From a virus (Duplodnaviria; Caudoviricetes), in the IMG/VR virus record IMGVR_UViG_3300020725_000001, positions 1 through 53,011 of that record: 53,011 nucleotides of DNA; one strand, written 5' to 3'. The notes under the pieces were generated by a model. That model was not told the DNA's origin. It saw only the letters and a program-made list of their open reading frames with translations, and made no database searches. Every line of letters begins with the position of its first letter. Positions within the stretch are counted from its first letter, which is position 1. Shown piece by piece: positions 16,524 to 25,957 of the stretch. The position numbers were made by a program, and so were the translations under genes.

Positions 16524-19500
16524 ATGGCGCCCTTGATACTTTTATTTAAGTCCCACGTCAAAGGCTATACGCGTAAGGATGGGCATTATGTTAATCCTTA
16601 TACAAAAGATAACTCAGGAAGGCATGGGGTTCAGCACAGAGTTCCAGTAAAGAATAGTGTGCTTCAGTGGGCTGGGTTGGGCTTAAATCCCGTTGTTGCA
16701 GATTATTTTAAATTGCATACAAAGCATTCTGATCAATTTCCTGACGAAGCCTCTATGAGATCTCATGTTCAGTGGGTTATGGAGCATCCGCATGTATTTA
16801 TGCCAGCTACAAAAGATGGATATGTGATGTTTGTTCGTCGCGGAGCTTTAGACAAGTGTGTAGTTATTAACCCTGTTGTCAAGGGTGGGGCGAATGGATA
16901 TGTAGTTAGGTCAGCGTATATAATGAATGAGGATCAGCTAAAATCTTACATTAAAGCAGTATTCAAGTATCGAAAATATAACGTAAAAATTAGAAAGTCA
17001 ATCAGCGTCGGGGCGCTAAGTCCGAGCTTCTTGTCCGGTTCCGAATTATCAGAGCGATCAACAAGGTGGCTCCCCATTTCTCACGAAAAGGTTCAACTGA
17101 TTGCAAAATGCAATTTACCTGAAGATAGCAATTTAATCAAGTGGATGATTGAAAGCGGAATTAATTATAAAAATACAAGCTTTACTAAATCAGATATATC
17201 AATGGATAGGTACAGTTCACCATATGAGCTATCAGAATATCAAATAAAATCAGGCAATTATAAAAAACGATCAATTTCGTGGAATGGTTTGACTATCAAG
17301 ATAGAGAATGAGGCCGGGTCAGTTCGTAGCGGCCAAGATCCTAATGGCAAATTATGGGAAGTTCGCATGATTTACCCTTATGGTTATGTTAGTAATTCAA
17401 CGGGGGTTGATGGTGATGAGGTTGATATATATTTGGGCTTTAATCTTAATGCGCCAATAGTTTACATTGTTCACCAGCGAAAGGTGGGGGACTGGTCGGA
17501 ATACGACGAAGATAAGTGCATGATCGGCTTTGATTCTGAGGATGACGCAAGACAAGCATTTTTGCATCATTATGATGATCCTCGTTTTTTGGGCGAAATA
17601 ACAGCTATGTCTGTTGGCGAATTTGTTGATAAAGTAAAAGCCACCAACAAAAAACCAGCTATGATTAAAGCTTTGCCTGTAACTTTGTCAGAAAGGCTTG
17701 CTAAGGCTGGCTTTATCTGGCGTGAAGTACCCTTTACTCGTGAGTCATGGGATGGCGAGTTCCCAGGCAATATGGTTAAGTCGTTCATGGGTGATTTGAT
17801 AGAACTTCTCCCTGAAACGCTAGATTATCCTGACTATGGCTCATCACTCATTGGCGCATTAAAGCCAACAATAGAAAGCCCATTAATTATTCATCATGAG
17901 GTAGGTCAGGCTTCTTTTTTTCGAGCAATAATTAACGCAGACGGCTCAATACTAGGCTACTCTAAAGTAACGCTATGGAAAGGTTTTTCTCGTGTTGAGA
18001 TTATTCAAGATTTACCGGCTCTTGAAGGGTGTATTGACCATGGCATTAATGTCATTGCTGATTTCGTTGATGAGGGTCATGCCGTATTTAAATGCCTATC
18101 GCTGGGTAAATTTCTTGTCACTGATTTTGGTATCGCTTCACATTTAATGGATTGGGGTGTTGAGTTCTTTAAGTCTGATCATGGCGCTATACCAGATGGC
18201 GCAAGATGGATAACGGTTCATCCAAACGGCGAAGGCTCTAAAGGTGTTCCAATATTGGTGCAGCCTGCCAAGGATAATTCAGGTACGTTCCGAGTGGTGG
18301 GCGGCGCAGGTGGCAAACTTAATATGCTTAAGTTACGCGGTGTTAAGTCTGAAGCTGATTATAAACAGGAGCATTCAGAGCGTGCGCACAATAAACGATT
18401 AGTCGACAAAGAGCGTATAAGGCGTGATAAAGAGCTAGGCATACATGATGCAAAGACTCAGGCCAAAGAAAATATTAATGCTCAACGAAAGAAGTCGCAA
18501 AAAGATTTTATCAAAACTGTTGCTGATGCTATGGGTTGGAAGCATGAAGAAACAGAGCTAAATACATCCGGATTGTCAGAGCAAGCCGCTAAAAAGGCAG
18601 AGCTTAAGCATCATGCGGAATTATTGACCAGGGCTAAGGAAGCTGTCAATGTACAGCGTAAAATGCTGGTTGATAATGCTGATGCGCGGGCAGCTGCTGG
18701 TCTGGGCGTAATGCCGCTACATGATGAAAATGCGGCTTTAATTTCTGCTGATGATCTTGATCCGGTTCGTTTAACTGACAAGTCGGGTATTTCTCAAGAT
18801 TTTAAAAAGCGCGCTGAAAATGCTGGGCTGACGCAAGATAGTCTTGATTCAAAAGTCAGCGAAACCAAGACGACTGGCAAGACGGATGCACAAATTGAAA
18901 GAGGCCAGATAGCGCAAGATATTAAAGACGAGTTATCAAAGCTGCCAAAACCTGACTTAAATGCAAAAATAGTTGATGCTAAAAAAGCTGTTGAGCTGAT
19001 CAAGGCGCAAAAGAAATTAGCGGCCATGGAAAAAGCTGCGCGTGATGCAAACAAGGAGGTTAATAAAGCGACTGTAGAGCCTAAAGCCTATGTGTTAGCA
19101 ACCTCTGAGCCTGATGATAAGGTCGCGCTTAAGGCGATACATGACGATTTAAGTACATCTAAGGCCAAGGCCTTTTTAGCAGGTGTGCAAGCAGTAGGTG
19201 GAGAGGAGTCAATAGAAAGTCATGTCTCTACGGGCGCATATAATGTTATTAATGCGTTATCCCATGCAGTAGGCGGTGATTCTCTAATGGATAGATCAGT
19301 TATCGACGTGTTAGGAATTGCGGGCGCTGCTCAAGTGCTTGCAAGGCGTTTGCATTCTGATTACAAAGATAAGACTGATGATATTGCCAGCGGCGTTGAG
19401 GAATATCATGTGGCACATGCTCCGGAGTTACAGAGCGAAGCCCTAGCACAGGCTCAAGAGCTGCAGGACATAGCTAACAAGATTGAAATGGATCAGGCCG

Positions 19501-22500
19501 CAAACTCGCAAGACTTTGCTCATGCCTCTGGGCTGAATCATCAACGTAAAGAGCATTTAGCAACAGCACGTAAAGTCATGGGGCAAGCTCTAGGAGAAAT
19601 GGAAGCAAATGCGGCTATTTCTGCGGCACTGCGCGGTGGTAAGCGTGACTTTGTTCAGGTGTCCTTGGGCAAGTCTACATCAGAATCAGCTGTACAACAG
19701 CTATGGGCTTTGGGCTTAAATAATGACGACTTTAATCTGGATAAGGTGGCCGGAAATACTTTTGCAACCATTAAAGCTTCTGGCATGGACAAGCTTGCTA
19801 AACCTATCGACAAAGAGAATATGCAGCGTATAGATCGCAATCTATCTATTATGCGTGGTGATGAAGATGAGGATGATTGGCTGCCGCAAGGCTTCTCTAA
19901 GCGCCCTGACTTGGGTCTTAATTTTAAAGCTGGAGTTGCTCCGCAGCTATCGCAGCCTTTTGATGCTAAAGGTTCTAATTTAGCAGATTCAGTGCGTGAG
20001 TATATTGGTGGTCGCATGGCTGATGGGGATAGACCAGCTGATATATTGTCGGATCTAAATTCCTTGCCCTTTATGCTATCGGTGGGTGCTGATCGAGCTT
20101 CTGAATACAGAAAAGCCCTTAATGAGGCTATCCCTACTAAGAATTTTAATGGTAAGTTAATGCGAGTCGAGCATTTAGAACCCATATTTCAGCAATACGC
20201 TGATGATTATGTGGCTTCTAAATGGGGCGGTACGCGTTCAACGCTTAATAAACAAACCTTTGAGCCTGATGCGATTGCACAAGATGCGCTGCATAGGGCA
20301 TTAGCGTCTGAGCCTGCCGGTAAGATTGCTTATAAGCCTATTGGTGAGCTAACAGCGCAAGATCGATCAGCCTTGCGCAATTGGTTTTATAAAAATGTTG
20401 CTAAAGAATCACCAGAGCAAGCAGGGTTGCGTGAAAAAGCTGACAATCTTCAAAAGAATGAGCCCATTAAATTTACTGAGGATCTGTTTGGCGAGGTTTC
20501 GGAAAATCCAGCCTGGAAAGCATGGAAGAGTGACTACGATGAAGCGAGTGCAGTTGCGGCTGATGCGGGTTTAGATTGGGGTAAATACTCGCATTTAATG
20601 CGAGGTAGTGTTAGGGCTTTTGAGTCTATACAAGATTTAATCCGCTCAAAAGTCTCAGAGAGCTTTGCGCAAAACTATAATACACAACGTCCTGATGCTG
20701 CGTTAAAGATCGGCAAGACTATTGTAAGAAACAATCTTAATCATCTTGATGCTGTTGATCCTACTGAGCGTGAAAAGCGGCTAAAGGCTGAGCGTTCACT
20801 TATTGATTCTTTACGAGAGCGAGTACAAGGAAAATATTCGTCTGGATCTGTAGGCGACAAGATAGAGCAAGCCAAAGAGAAGCAAGCGGCTTATGGTCAA
20901 GCGCAGATGTCTTTATTTTCGTCTGAAGAAGATGACAATAAGGAGGCGCTAGCTTTAAAAGCGGATGAACGCAAAACCATAGGCCACGCCGCTGAAAACA
21001 TGATCAACAAAATGATGGGGGTAGTCGGTGCTAATTTTGAGCCTAATAAGCCAGTCAAGTTATTTAATCCGTCGATGTCCGGACCTGATGGCGTAAAGCG
21101 ACAAAGAGCCATCAAGCTAGTCGAAGCCAATAAGCGCGTAATGCTTGGGGCCGGAGTGGGTTCAGGCAAATCAGCTATGATGCTGGGCGCATTTTCTAGC
21201 CTGCATTCACAAGGCAAGATAAAAAAAGGCGTGATCTGCTGCCCAAGTATCGTGCAAGGACAAATGGGTGCTGAAGCCTTGCGCTTCTTAGAGGCTGGTA
21301 AATACAACTGGCATTGCAATCCTGGCGATTCCTTTGAAAGCCGTCTTGCTTCTTATAAAGATCCAGATAACCATTTTACCGTAGTCACACATCAATCTTT
21401 TCGTGATGATCTACTAAAAATGGCAAGTCTAAAGACCGGCGAAAGCACTGATGTAATTGCTGACAAAATGGGCGGCATGACGCAAAAGGAAAGGGCGAGC
21501 TATACCAAGGATGTGCTAGATCACCACGGCATTAACTTTGATTTCTCTGCGGTTGATGAAGGGCATAACCTGTTAGATCGTGAAGGTAAAGAAAACTCAC
21601 GCATGTCTAATGTGATTGGTGGGGTAACCGATAATACGCCTTACCATATTTCAGCAACAGCTGATCCTGTTAAAAATGATGCTTCTGAGGCATTTAGTGC
21701 GCTACAAAAGATGGACGGCGACCGTTATAACGATCGTGATGCGTTCATGCGGCGTTATGGTAGCGATACCCAAGCCGCTAAGCAGGGTTTGCAGAAAGAG
21801 TTAGCTAGGCATTTGTACGCTATGGAAGTTAAGCCAGATATTAGTGTGAACAAGCAACAGATTAAGGTGCCACAAACCGAGGCGCAACAAGAGGCACTGA
21901 AGACCGTAGAACAGCAAGCCGCTAGCTTACGCATTGCTAAAATGACTAATCAAGTCGATATAAAGACAGCTCAAGCTTTTGCACCCGCCATGTTTGATGG
22001 TGTACCAGAAGACCAGCATGAAGCCGTTGCAAAAAAGGTCGCTGATTCAGTCGGTATCATGAAGCAATCAGCTATTCGCAAGGTGCTAGATAATCATCCT
22101 GCTGCAGGAAAGCTTAATAAGTTGATTGAGATAGCTAATGGTAAGAAAGGACAGCAAGGCGTGGTCTTTGCTCACTCACTAGAGGCGGTCGAGAGCATTA
22201 GAAAGCGTTTAGAAGCAGAGGGTCATCGAGTCGTGACTATCTCCGGCAAGGATTCAGCAAAAGATAAGGCGGCAAAGATACAGGCCTTCAATCCTGATAA
22301 GGGCGATGCCAAAGCCGATATTATTGTCTGCTCTGATGCAGGAGCTACTGGCGCAAACCTTCAATCTGGTCGTTGGCTTGCGCAATATGATATTCCTCAG
22401 ACTGCTATGAACCACGCGCAACGTCAAGGCCGTATCAATCGAATTGGTCAAAAGAACGACATTGATTTAATTGATCTGGTTTCAGACCATGAATCAGATA

Positions 22501-22646
22501 AACGCGCACAAAGCCGACTCTCTAATAAGTACGCGCTACGAAATTTAATGACTACACCGCTAGATGCTATGGATGACAGCGGCTTAGGCTATTATTTAAA
22601 GCAACAAGGCATAGGTGCAGCTAAGCCACAAAGTGATTTATTTTAG
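16524..22646 (+). CDS. Large polyvalent protein: putative BECR RNase, InPase domain and C-terminal SNF2-like helicase (DarB-like)
   Basis: HVKGYTRKDG; YGY...GVDGDEVDIYLG...DEDKCMIGF pyrophosphatase-like motifs; GVGSGKS, VDEGH, SATADP, GANLQ, QRQGRINRIGQ helicase motifs. Confidence 0.85.
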   Translation: MAPLILLFKSHVKGYTRKDGHYVNPYTKDNSGRHGVQHRVPVKNSVLQWAGLGLNPVVADYFKLHTKHSDQFPDEASMRSHVQWVMEHPHVFMPATKDGYVMFVRRGALDKCVVINPVVKGGANGYVVRSAYIMNEDQLKSYIKAVFKYRKYNVKIRKSISVGALSPSFLSGSELSERSTRWLPISHEKVQLIAKCNLPEDSNLIKWMIESGINYKNTSFTKSDISMDRYSSPYELSEYQIKSGNYKKRSISWNGLTIKIENEAGSVRSGQDPNGKLWEVRMIYPYGYVSNSTGVDGDEVDIYLGFNLNAPIVYIVHQRKVGDWSEYDEDKCMIGFDSEDDARQAFLHHYDDPRFLGEITAMSVGEFVDKVKATNKKPAMIKALPVTLSERLAKAGFIWREVPFTRESWDGEFPGNMVKSFMGDLIELLPETLDYPDYGSSLIGALKPTIESPLIIHHEVGQASFFRAIINADGSILGYSKVTLWKGFSRVEIIQDLPALEGCIDHGINVIADFVDEGHAVFKCLSLGKFLVTDFGIASHLMDWGVEFFKSDHGAIPDGARWITVHPNGEGSKGVPILVQPAKDNSGTFRVVGGAGGKLNMLKLRGVKSEADYKQEHSERAHNKRLVDKERIRRDKELGIHDAKTQAKENINAQRKKSQKDFIKTVADAMGWKHEETELNTSGLSEQAAKKAELKHHAELLTRAKEAVNVQRKMLVDNADARAAAGLGVMPLHDENAALISADDLDPVRLTDKSGISQDFKKRAENAGLTQDSLDSKVSETKTTGKTDAQIERGQIAQDIKDELSKLPKPDLNAKIVDAKKAVELIKAQKKLAAMEKAARDANKEVNKATVEPKAYVLATSEPDDKVALKAIHDDLSTSKAKAFLAGVQAVGGEESIESHVSTGAYNVINALSHAVGGDSLMDRSVIDVLGIAGAAQVLARRLHSDYKDKTDDIASGVEEYHVAHAPELQSEALAQAQELQDIANKIEMDQAANSQDFAHASGLNHQRKEHLATARKVMGQALGEMEANAAISAALRGGKRDFVQVSLGKSTSESAVQQLWALGLNNDDFNLDKVAGNTFATIKASGMDKLAKPIDKENMQRIDRNLSIMRGDEDEDDWLPQGFSKRPDLGLNFKAGVAPQLSQPFDAKGSNLADSVREYIGGRMADGDRPADILSDLNSLPFMLSVGADRASEYRKALNEAIPTKNFNGKLMRVEHLEPIFQQYADDYVASKWGGTRSTLNKQTFEPDAIAQDALHRALASEPAGKIAYKPIGELTAQDRSALRNWFYKNVAKESPEQAGLREKADNLQKNEPIKFTEDLFGEVSENPAWKAWKSDYDEASAVAADAGLDWGKYSHLMRGSVRAFESIQDLIRSKVSESFAQNYNTQRPDAALKIGKTIVRNNLNHLDAVDPTEREKRLKAERSLIDSLRERVQGKYSSGSVGDKIEQAKEKQAAYGQAQMSLFSSEEDDNKEALALKADERKTIGHAAENMINKMMGVVGANFEPNKPVKLFNPSMSGPDGVKRQRAIKLVEANKRVMLGAGVGSGKSAMMLGAFSSLHSQGKIKKGVICCPSIVQGQMGAEALRFLEAGKYNWHCNPGDSFESRLASYKDPDNHFTVVTHQSFRDDLLKMASLKTGESTDVIADKMGGMTQKERASYTKDVLDHHGINFDFSAVDEGHNLLDREGKENSRMSNVIGGVTDNTPYHISATADPVKNDASEAFSALQKMDGDRYNDRDAFMRRYGSDTQAAKQGLQKELARHLYAMEVKPDISVNKQQIKVPQTEAQQEALKTVEQQAASLRIAKMTNQVDIKTAQAFAPAMFDGVPEDQHEAVAKKVADSVGIMKQSAIRKVLDNHPAAGKLNKLIEIANGKKGQQGVVFAHSLEAVESIRKRLEAEGHRVVTISGKDSAKDKAAKIQAFNPDKGDAKADIIVCSDAGATGANLQSGRWLAQYDIPQTAMNHAQRQGRINRIGQKNDIDLIDLVSDHESDKRAQSRLSNKYALRNLMTTPLDAMDDSGLGYYLKQQGIGAAKPQSDLF
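16985..17140 (-). ncRNA. Putative antisense RNA unit 2 inside the SNF2 polyprotein gene
   Basis: Minus-strand TTGATT (17140-17135), 17 nt, TAAATT (17117-17112); closing inverted repeat CAATCAG (16999-17005)/CTGATTG (17097-17103); U-rich tail. Confidence 0.45.
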
Positions 22647-22662
22647 GTCGTGACTAAATACT
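22646..22662 (+). promoter_or_regulatory. Putative late promoter GGTCGTGAC-TA-AATACT
   Basis: Recurrent motif upstream of methyltransferase. Confidence 0.7.
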
Positions 22663-22694
22663 ATCCCATTAAATAATATTATGGGGTTTACGGT

Positions 22695-23441
22695 ATGAGT
22701 ATGCAGTTAATACACGGTGATTGTCTGGTTGAAATGGCTAATATGGCGGATGGTAGTGTGGATTTAATCGTAACTGATCCGCCTTATTACTCTACTGAGC
22801 TGGCATTTGATAAAGCGCCTAGAATCGACTACAAACAATGGTTAATCGACTGTAAGCGAGTTTTAAAAGATACGGGCGTTCTAGTTTCGTTTTGTGATTT
22901 AAACCTACTGATTGAGCTTAAGGGCTATAAAGTTTTTAAAACAGCTTATGAAATTGTCTGGGAAAAGACAATGCCTGTTGGTTTTTTAAACGCAAATTTA
23001 CGGCCAATGATGGCGCATGAATTTATTGTCGTGATGACTAACGCGCTTAAAAAATCGACTTATAACCCGCAGAAAGTAGCGGGTAAAGCCTATACTGCTA
23101 CGCATAAAGCTGACCGTCATAGACACGTATCGAAACATAAAGGGTGTACTACGATTAACACTGGCGACCGTCACCCTAGATCGGTGCAAAAATTTAGCAA
23201 CAATAACCATAAATCATTACACCCTACACAAAAGCCCATTGATTTATGCCAATGGTTAATTAATTCCTATTCAAATGCAGATGATGTGGTGCTGGATTGT
23301 TTTATGGGGGGGGGTAGCGTGAAAGTTGCAGCCCAGCTAACAGGCCGCAGATTCATAGGCATTGAACTTGACGCTGGCTATTTTGAAATAGCCAAAAACA
23401 GAATTGAAGGCGCTCAAGGTAAAGAGGTAGAGGCGGCATGA
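22695..23441 (+). CDS. Orphan N6-adenine/N4-cytosine DNA methyltransferase (beta class)
   Basis: TDPPY, HPTQKP, VLDCFMGGGS, FIGIELD. Confidence 0.93.
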   Translation: MSMQLIHGDCLVEMANMADGSVDLIVTDPPYYSTELAFDKAPRIDYKQWLIDCKRVLKDTGVLVSFCDLNLLIELKGYKVFKTAYEIVWEKTMPVGFLNANLRPMMAHEFIVVMTNALKKSTYNPQKVAGKAYTATHKADRHRHVSKHKGCTTINTGDRHPRSVQKFSNNNHKSLHPTQKPIDLCQWLINSYSNADDVVLDCFMGGGSVKVAAQLTGRRFIGIELDAGYFEIAKNRIEGAQGKEVEAA

Positions 23442-23445
23442 TTAA

Positions 23446-23721
23446 TCAGGCTACCTCTAATAATATTTCAGGGTATTTTTCTGCTACTCTCAGCAGAGTT
23501 TTAGCTGCCCCTGATGGTTGTTTACGGCCTTGCTCCCAGTCTTGCAATGTACGTACTGACACGCCTAATAATTTGGCAAATTCAGATTGCGATAGTCCTA
23601 GAGACTTGCGGGCGACTATGGCAGGGGAATGTACTATAACACCTTGCCCTGCTGCCATTTCTTTTGCGGCTGCTAATAGCTTTTCGCCTAGTTCTTTGCC
23701 AGTCATAAAATCGTTATTCAT
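23446..23721 (-). CDS. Xre-HTH antitoxin (HigA-2/NadS-like), orphan
   Basis: ARKSLGLSQSEFAKLLGVSVRTLQDWEQGRKQPSGAAKTLL. Confidence 0.88.
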   Translation of the reverse strand: MNNDFMTGKELGEKLLAAAKEMAAGQGVIVHSPAIVARKSLGLSQSEFAKLLGVSVRTLQDWEQGRKQPSGAAKTLLRVAEKYPEILLEVA

Positions 23722-23755
23722 GTTTAAATGTGGGCAATTCGATTATGGTGTACAT
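23714..23755 (-). pseudogene. 13-codon stub of a deleted HigB-2/RelE toxin
   Basis: MYTIIELPTFKHE* between promoter and antitoxin; resembles RelE/HigB-2 N-termini. Confidence 0.55.
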
Positions 23756-23762
23756 AACCGCA

Positions 23763-23790
23763 ATTATACGGTTAAGCCGTATAGAGTCAA
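23763..23790 (-). promoter_or_regulatory. Sigma70 promoter with overlapping palindromic operator
   Basis: TTGACT-16-TATAAT on minus; inverted repeat TATACGG-N5-CCGTATA (23765-23783). Confidence 0.75.
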
Positions 23791-23812
23791 TCAATTTACA
23801 GTGGGTTAATCT

Positions 23813-24046
23813 ATGGATATTGAAAAACTAAGAAGTTCACTAGCCGAAAACGACTCTATGATGAAAAAGTCATTAGATTACGACGATAATTTAAGGCGTC
23901 ATGCCGAAGATGAGTTGAGTAGGGTCGATGTAAGACTACAATCATTGCCTTATGGTCATGTGGCCCATGATAGCGCAACAGCTTATGAGTACAGGCGCTT
24001 GCTTGATGAAAAGGCTAGGCTACTAAACTTGGTTTCAGGATATTAG
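23813..24046 (+). CDS. Hypothetical protein
   Basis: ORF; MKKSL motif. Confidence 0.55.
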   Translation: MDIEKLRSSLAENDSMMKKSLDYDDNLRRHAEDELSRVDVRLQSLPYGHVAHDSATAYEYRRLLDEKARLLNLVSGY

Positions 24047-24059
24047 CTTGGTGGGGCAG

Positions 24060-24189
24060 TTAAAACAAAAGCTTTGTCAATAGGGCAATCGTTCTTGTTG
24101 GCAGGGCTATTGATATGCCTACCATCCGGCGTAACAATTTTAATTCTCCGTTATCGATGATCAAGCATGTTAAAAGTTATAGTAGTTAT
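24060..24189 (-). pseudogene. Decayed DUF1640 remnant
   Basis: ITTITFN head fragment joined out of frame to DNGELKLLRRMVG...ALLTKLLF*. Confidence 0.55.
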
Positions 24190-24213
24190 TTTTGTAGCTT
24201 CTGTAGGTTTAAA

Positions 24214-24322
24214 TTAGAGCAACTTAATCAGTGCAGTAATCATAGCAAATTGGCCTAAAGCTAAGACAATTCCCCATTTAACCATTAATGAATTTGTGAG
24301 TGTCGAAGGTAATAGTCGTCAT
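24214..24322 (-). pseudogene. Internally deleted DUF1640 remnant
   Basis: MTTITFDTHKFI joined out of frame to LMVKWGIVLALGQFAMITALIKLL*. Confidence 0.7.
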
Positions 24323-24397
24323 AAAAAATCCTAAATTATTTTTTAATAGTGCACCTGATTTGATCGCTAAATTTGTAGATTAATTACCGTTTTGTTA

Positions 24398-24414
24398 GGT
24401 CGTGACAAAATAAT
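24398..24414 (+). promoter_or_regulatory. Putative late promoter GGTCGTGAC-AA-AATAAT
   Basis: Recurrent motif; ATG at 24422 with no room for a Shine-Dalgarno, suggesting a leaderless mRNA. Confidence 0.75.
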
Positions 24415-24421
24415 AATAGCT

Positions 24422-25318
24422 ATGAAAATAGATTATTTATCAACTGAAGATCGTGGATTGCTAGATGCAGTGCCGTCTTATCTAAGCATTACCCAAATGC
24501 TAAAAGCATCGCCTGTTACGGAGGGAGTTGATCGCTTTATTTATCTGGAAGCCTCTAACGAGTCGTTAGATCAGCAGAATGAAGTAGTGCTTGCAAAAGC
24601 GCTTGAGGAATCGGCAGCTTATTACCTAAAGTTTGGCAATCTTGATATAGATCATTTCACTCAAATTGGTGCAAAAGCCGGGATTCCTAATTATGAATTA
24701 TTTGAAATTGGCCGTCCTGTTGATGTGGCTGTACGCGACGGGGCGACCTTTGTTAAGGGGCAAATCTATTCAGGTTCTGGATCAGCTGCCGAGCGTGCAA
24801 ATTCTTTCTGGTCATCATTAACCGAACTTAACCCTCCTGCTCGCTGGTATCCCTCTGTGGGCGGCTCAGTCATTGCTAAGTCGGTGATTATTGATCCTGA
24901 AACTAAAGCAAAGCGTGCCGTTATCAATAAAGTTAGGTGGTCAAACATAGGTTTCTCAAAAACACCGGTTAACGCCAACCTAGCTACCGTATCTACTCTT
25001 CCTTTTGGCGCATTAGCAAAATCTTTGTGCGCTGAAGGCTTTGACTTCATCAAGGCCATTGAAGCGGGTTATGGAACAGATTCCGCAGCGCTATCAGGTG
25101 GTAGTGCATTGCGTAAACAAAGTTTGGAATCGAATCTTCTTAGTTACTGGGACTTTCGAGACCATCTTGCGGATGCTATCCGCAAAAAAAGAGTCAGTGG
25201 CGCCAAGCCTGCTGAACTTGTTAATTTCGCTCATAAACAGTTTGGCATGTCGGTTGATGTTGCCGCAGCTTCTGTTGAGCGTTTTCTAAGTGACCTAAAA
25301 AGAGGCTTGAAACAATGA
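24422..25318 (+). CDS. Prohead protease
   Basis: EASNESLDQQNEVV, GNLDIDH, IGRP, PSVGG, KTPVN motifs; position before scaffold and capsid. Confidence 0.8.
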   Translation: MKIDYLSTEDRGLLDAVPSYLSITQMLKASPVTEGVDRFIYLEASNESLDQQNEVVLAKALEESAAYYLKFGNLDIDHFTQIGAKAGIPNYELFEIGRPVDVAVRDGATFVKGQIYSGSGSAAERANSFWSSLTELNPPARWYPSVGGSVIAKSVIIDPETKAKRAVINKVRWSNIGFSKTPVNANLATVSTLPFGALAKSLCAEGFDFIKAIEAGYGTDSAALSGGSALRKQSLESNLLSYWDFRDHLADAIRKKRVSGAKPAELVNFAHKQFGMSVDVAAASVERFLSDLKRGLKQ

Positions 25319-25944
25319 GTTTTGAAAAACTATTGGGCGAACTGGAAGAACTCCAGTCCATGCATAAATCTGAACCTGCTAATGAAGATAAAGGCGGCGG
25401 TGATGAGGATGATAAAAAAATCGCGGAAGCGGCTGAATTAAATGACCAAGAAAATCATGATGAGCCTGCTGACGATAAAAATGAAAATGAAGACAAAGAC
25501 AAAGATGATGAGCCTATGGGCAAGTCATTTAATTTCAAATTAGATTCTGGCGAAGAGATTGATGCTGTTGATGGCACAGAATTTATTAAATCGTTAATGT
25601 CAAAAATTGATGGTCAAGAAGTATCTGTGAAGAAGTTTATGGGTACTGCGCTGGATCTTATTAAATCTCAAGGTGAGCAAATTAGCGCACTTAAAACCGA
25701 AATTACGAAGCTTGGCTCTGAAGGTCGTGGTCGTAAAACTGTTGTTTCAATAGCTGAAAAACCTGCTGCTGGAACAATGGCAAAAAGTGAGCCTGAAGGT
25801 TTATCTGCCGAAGAGTTTATGGCGAAAGCGTTAACAGCACAAGCTGCTGGCCGCTTAACCGCACTCGATGTGTCGATAGCCGAGGCTTCATTCCTAAAAG
25901 GTCTGCCCGTTCGTGCCGACATTGTTAATAAAGTTCTAGTGTAA
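25315..25944 (+). CDS. Putative scaffolding protein
   Basis: Acidic N-terminal region, coiled coil, multiple xxKS motifs; between protease and MCP. Confidence 0.6.
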   Translation: MSFEKLLGELEELQSMHKSEPANEDKGGGDEDDKKIAEAAELNDQENHDEPADDKNENEDKDKDDEPMGKSFNFKLDSGEEIDAVDGTEFIKSLMSKIDGQEVSVKKFMGTALDLIKSQGEQISALKTEITKLGSEGRGRKTVVSIAEKPAAGTMAKSEPEGLSAEEFMAKALTAQAAGRLTALDVSIAEASFLKGLPVRADIVNKVLV

Positions 25945-25957
25945 CTAAGGAAAATAT

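Noticed and set aside
17690-18170. Fourth RNase plus antisense RNA unit in the SNF2 polyprotein
   Set aside because: Domain looks at best like a degenerate nuclease, and I found no antisense promoter or closing stem after it
22229-22245. AGTCGTGAC inside the helicase gene
   Set aside because: Intragenic and followed by TCTCCG, which fails the NANNNT rule
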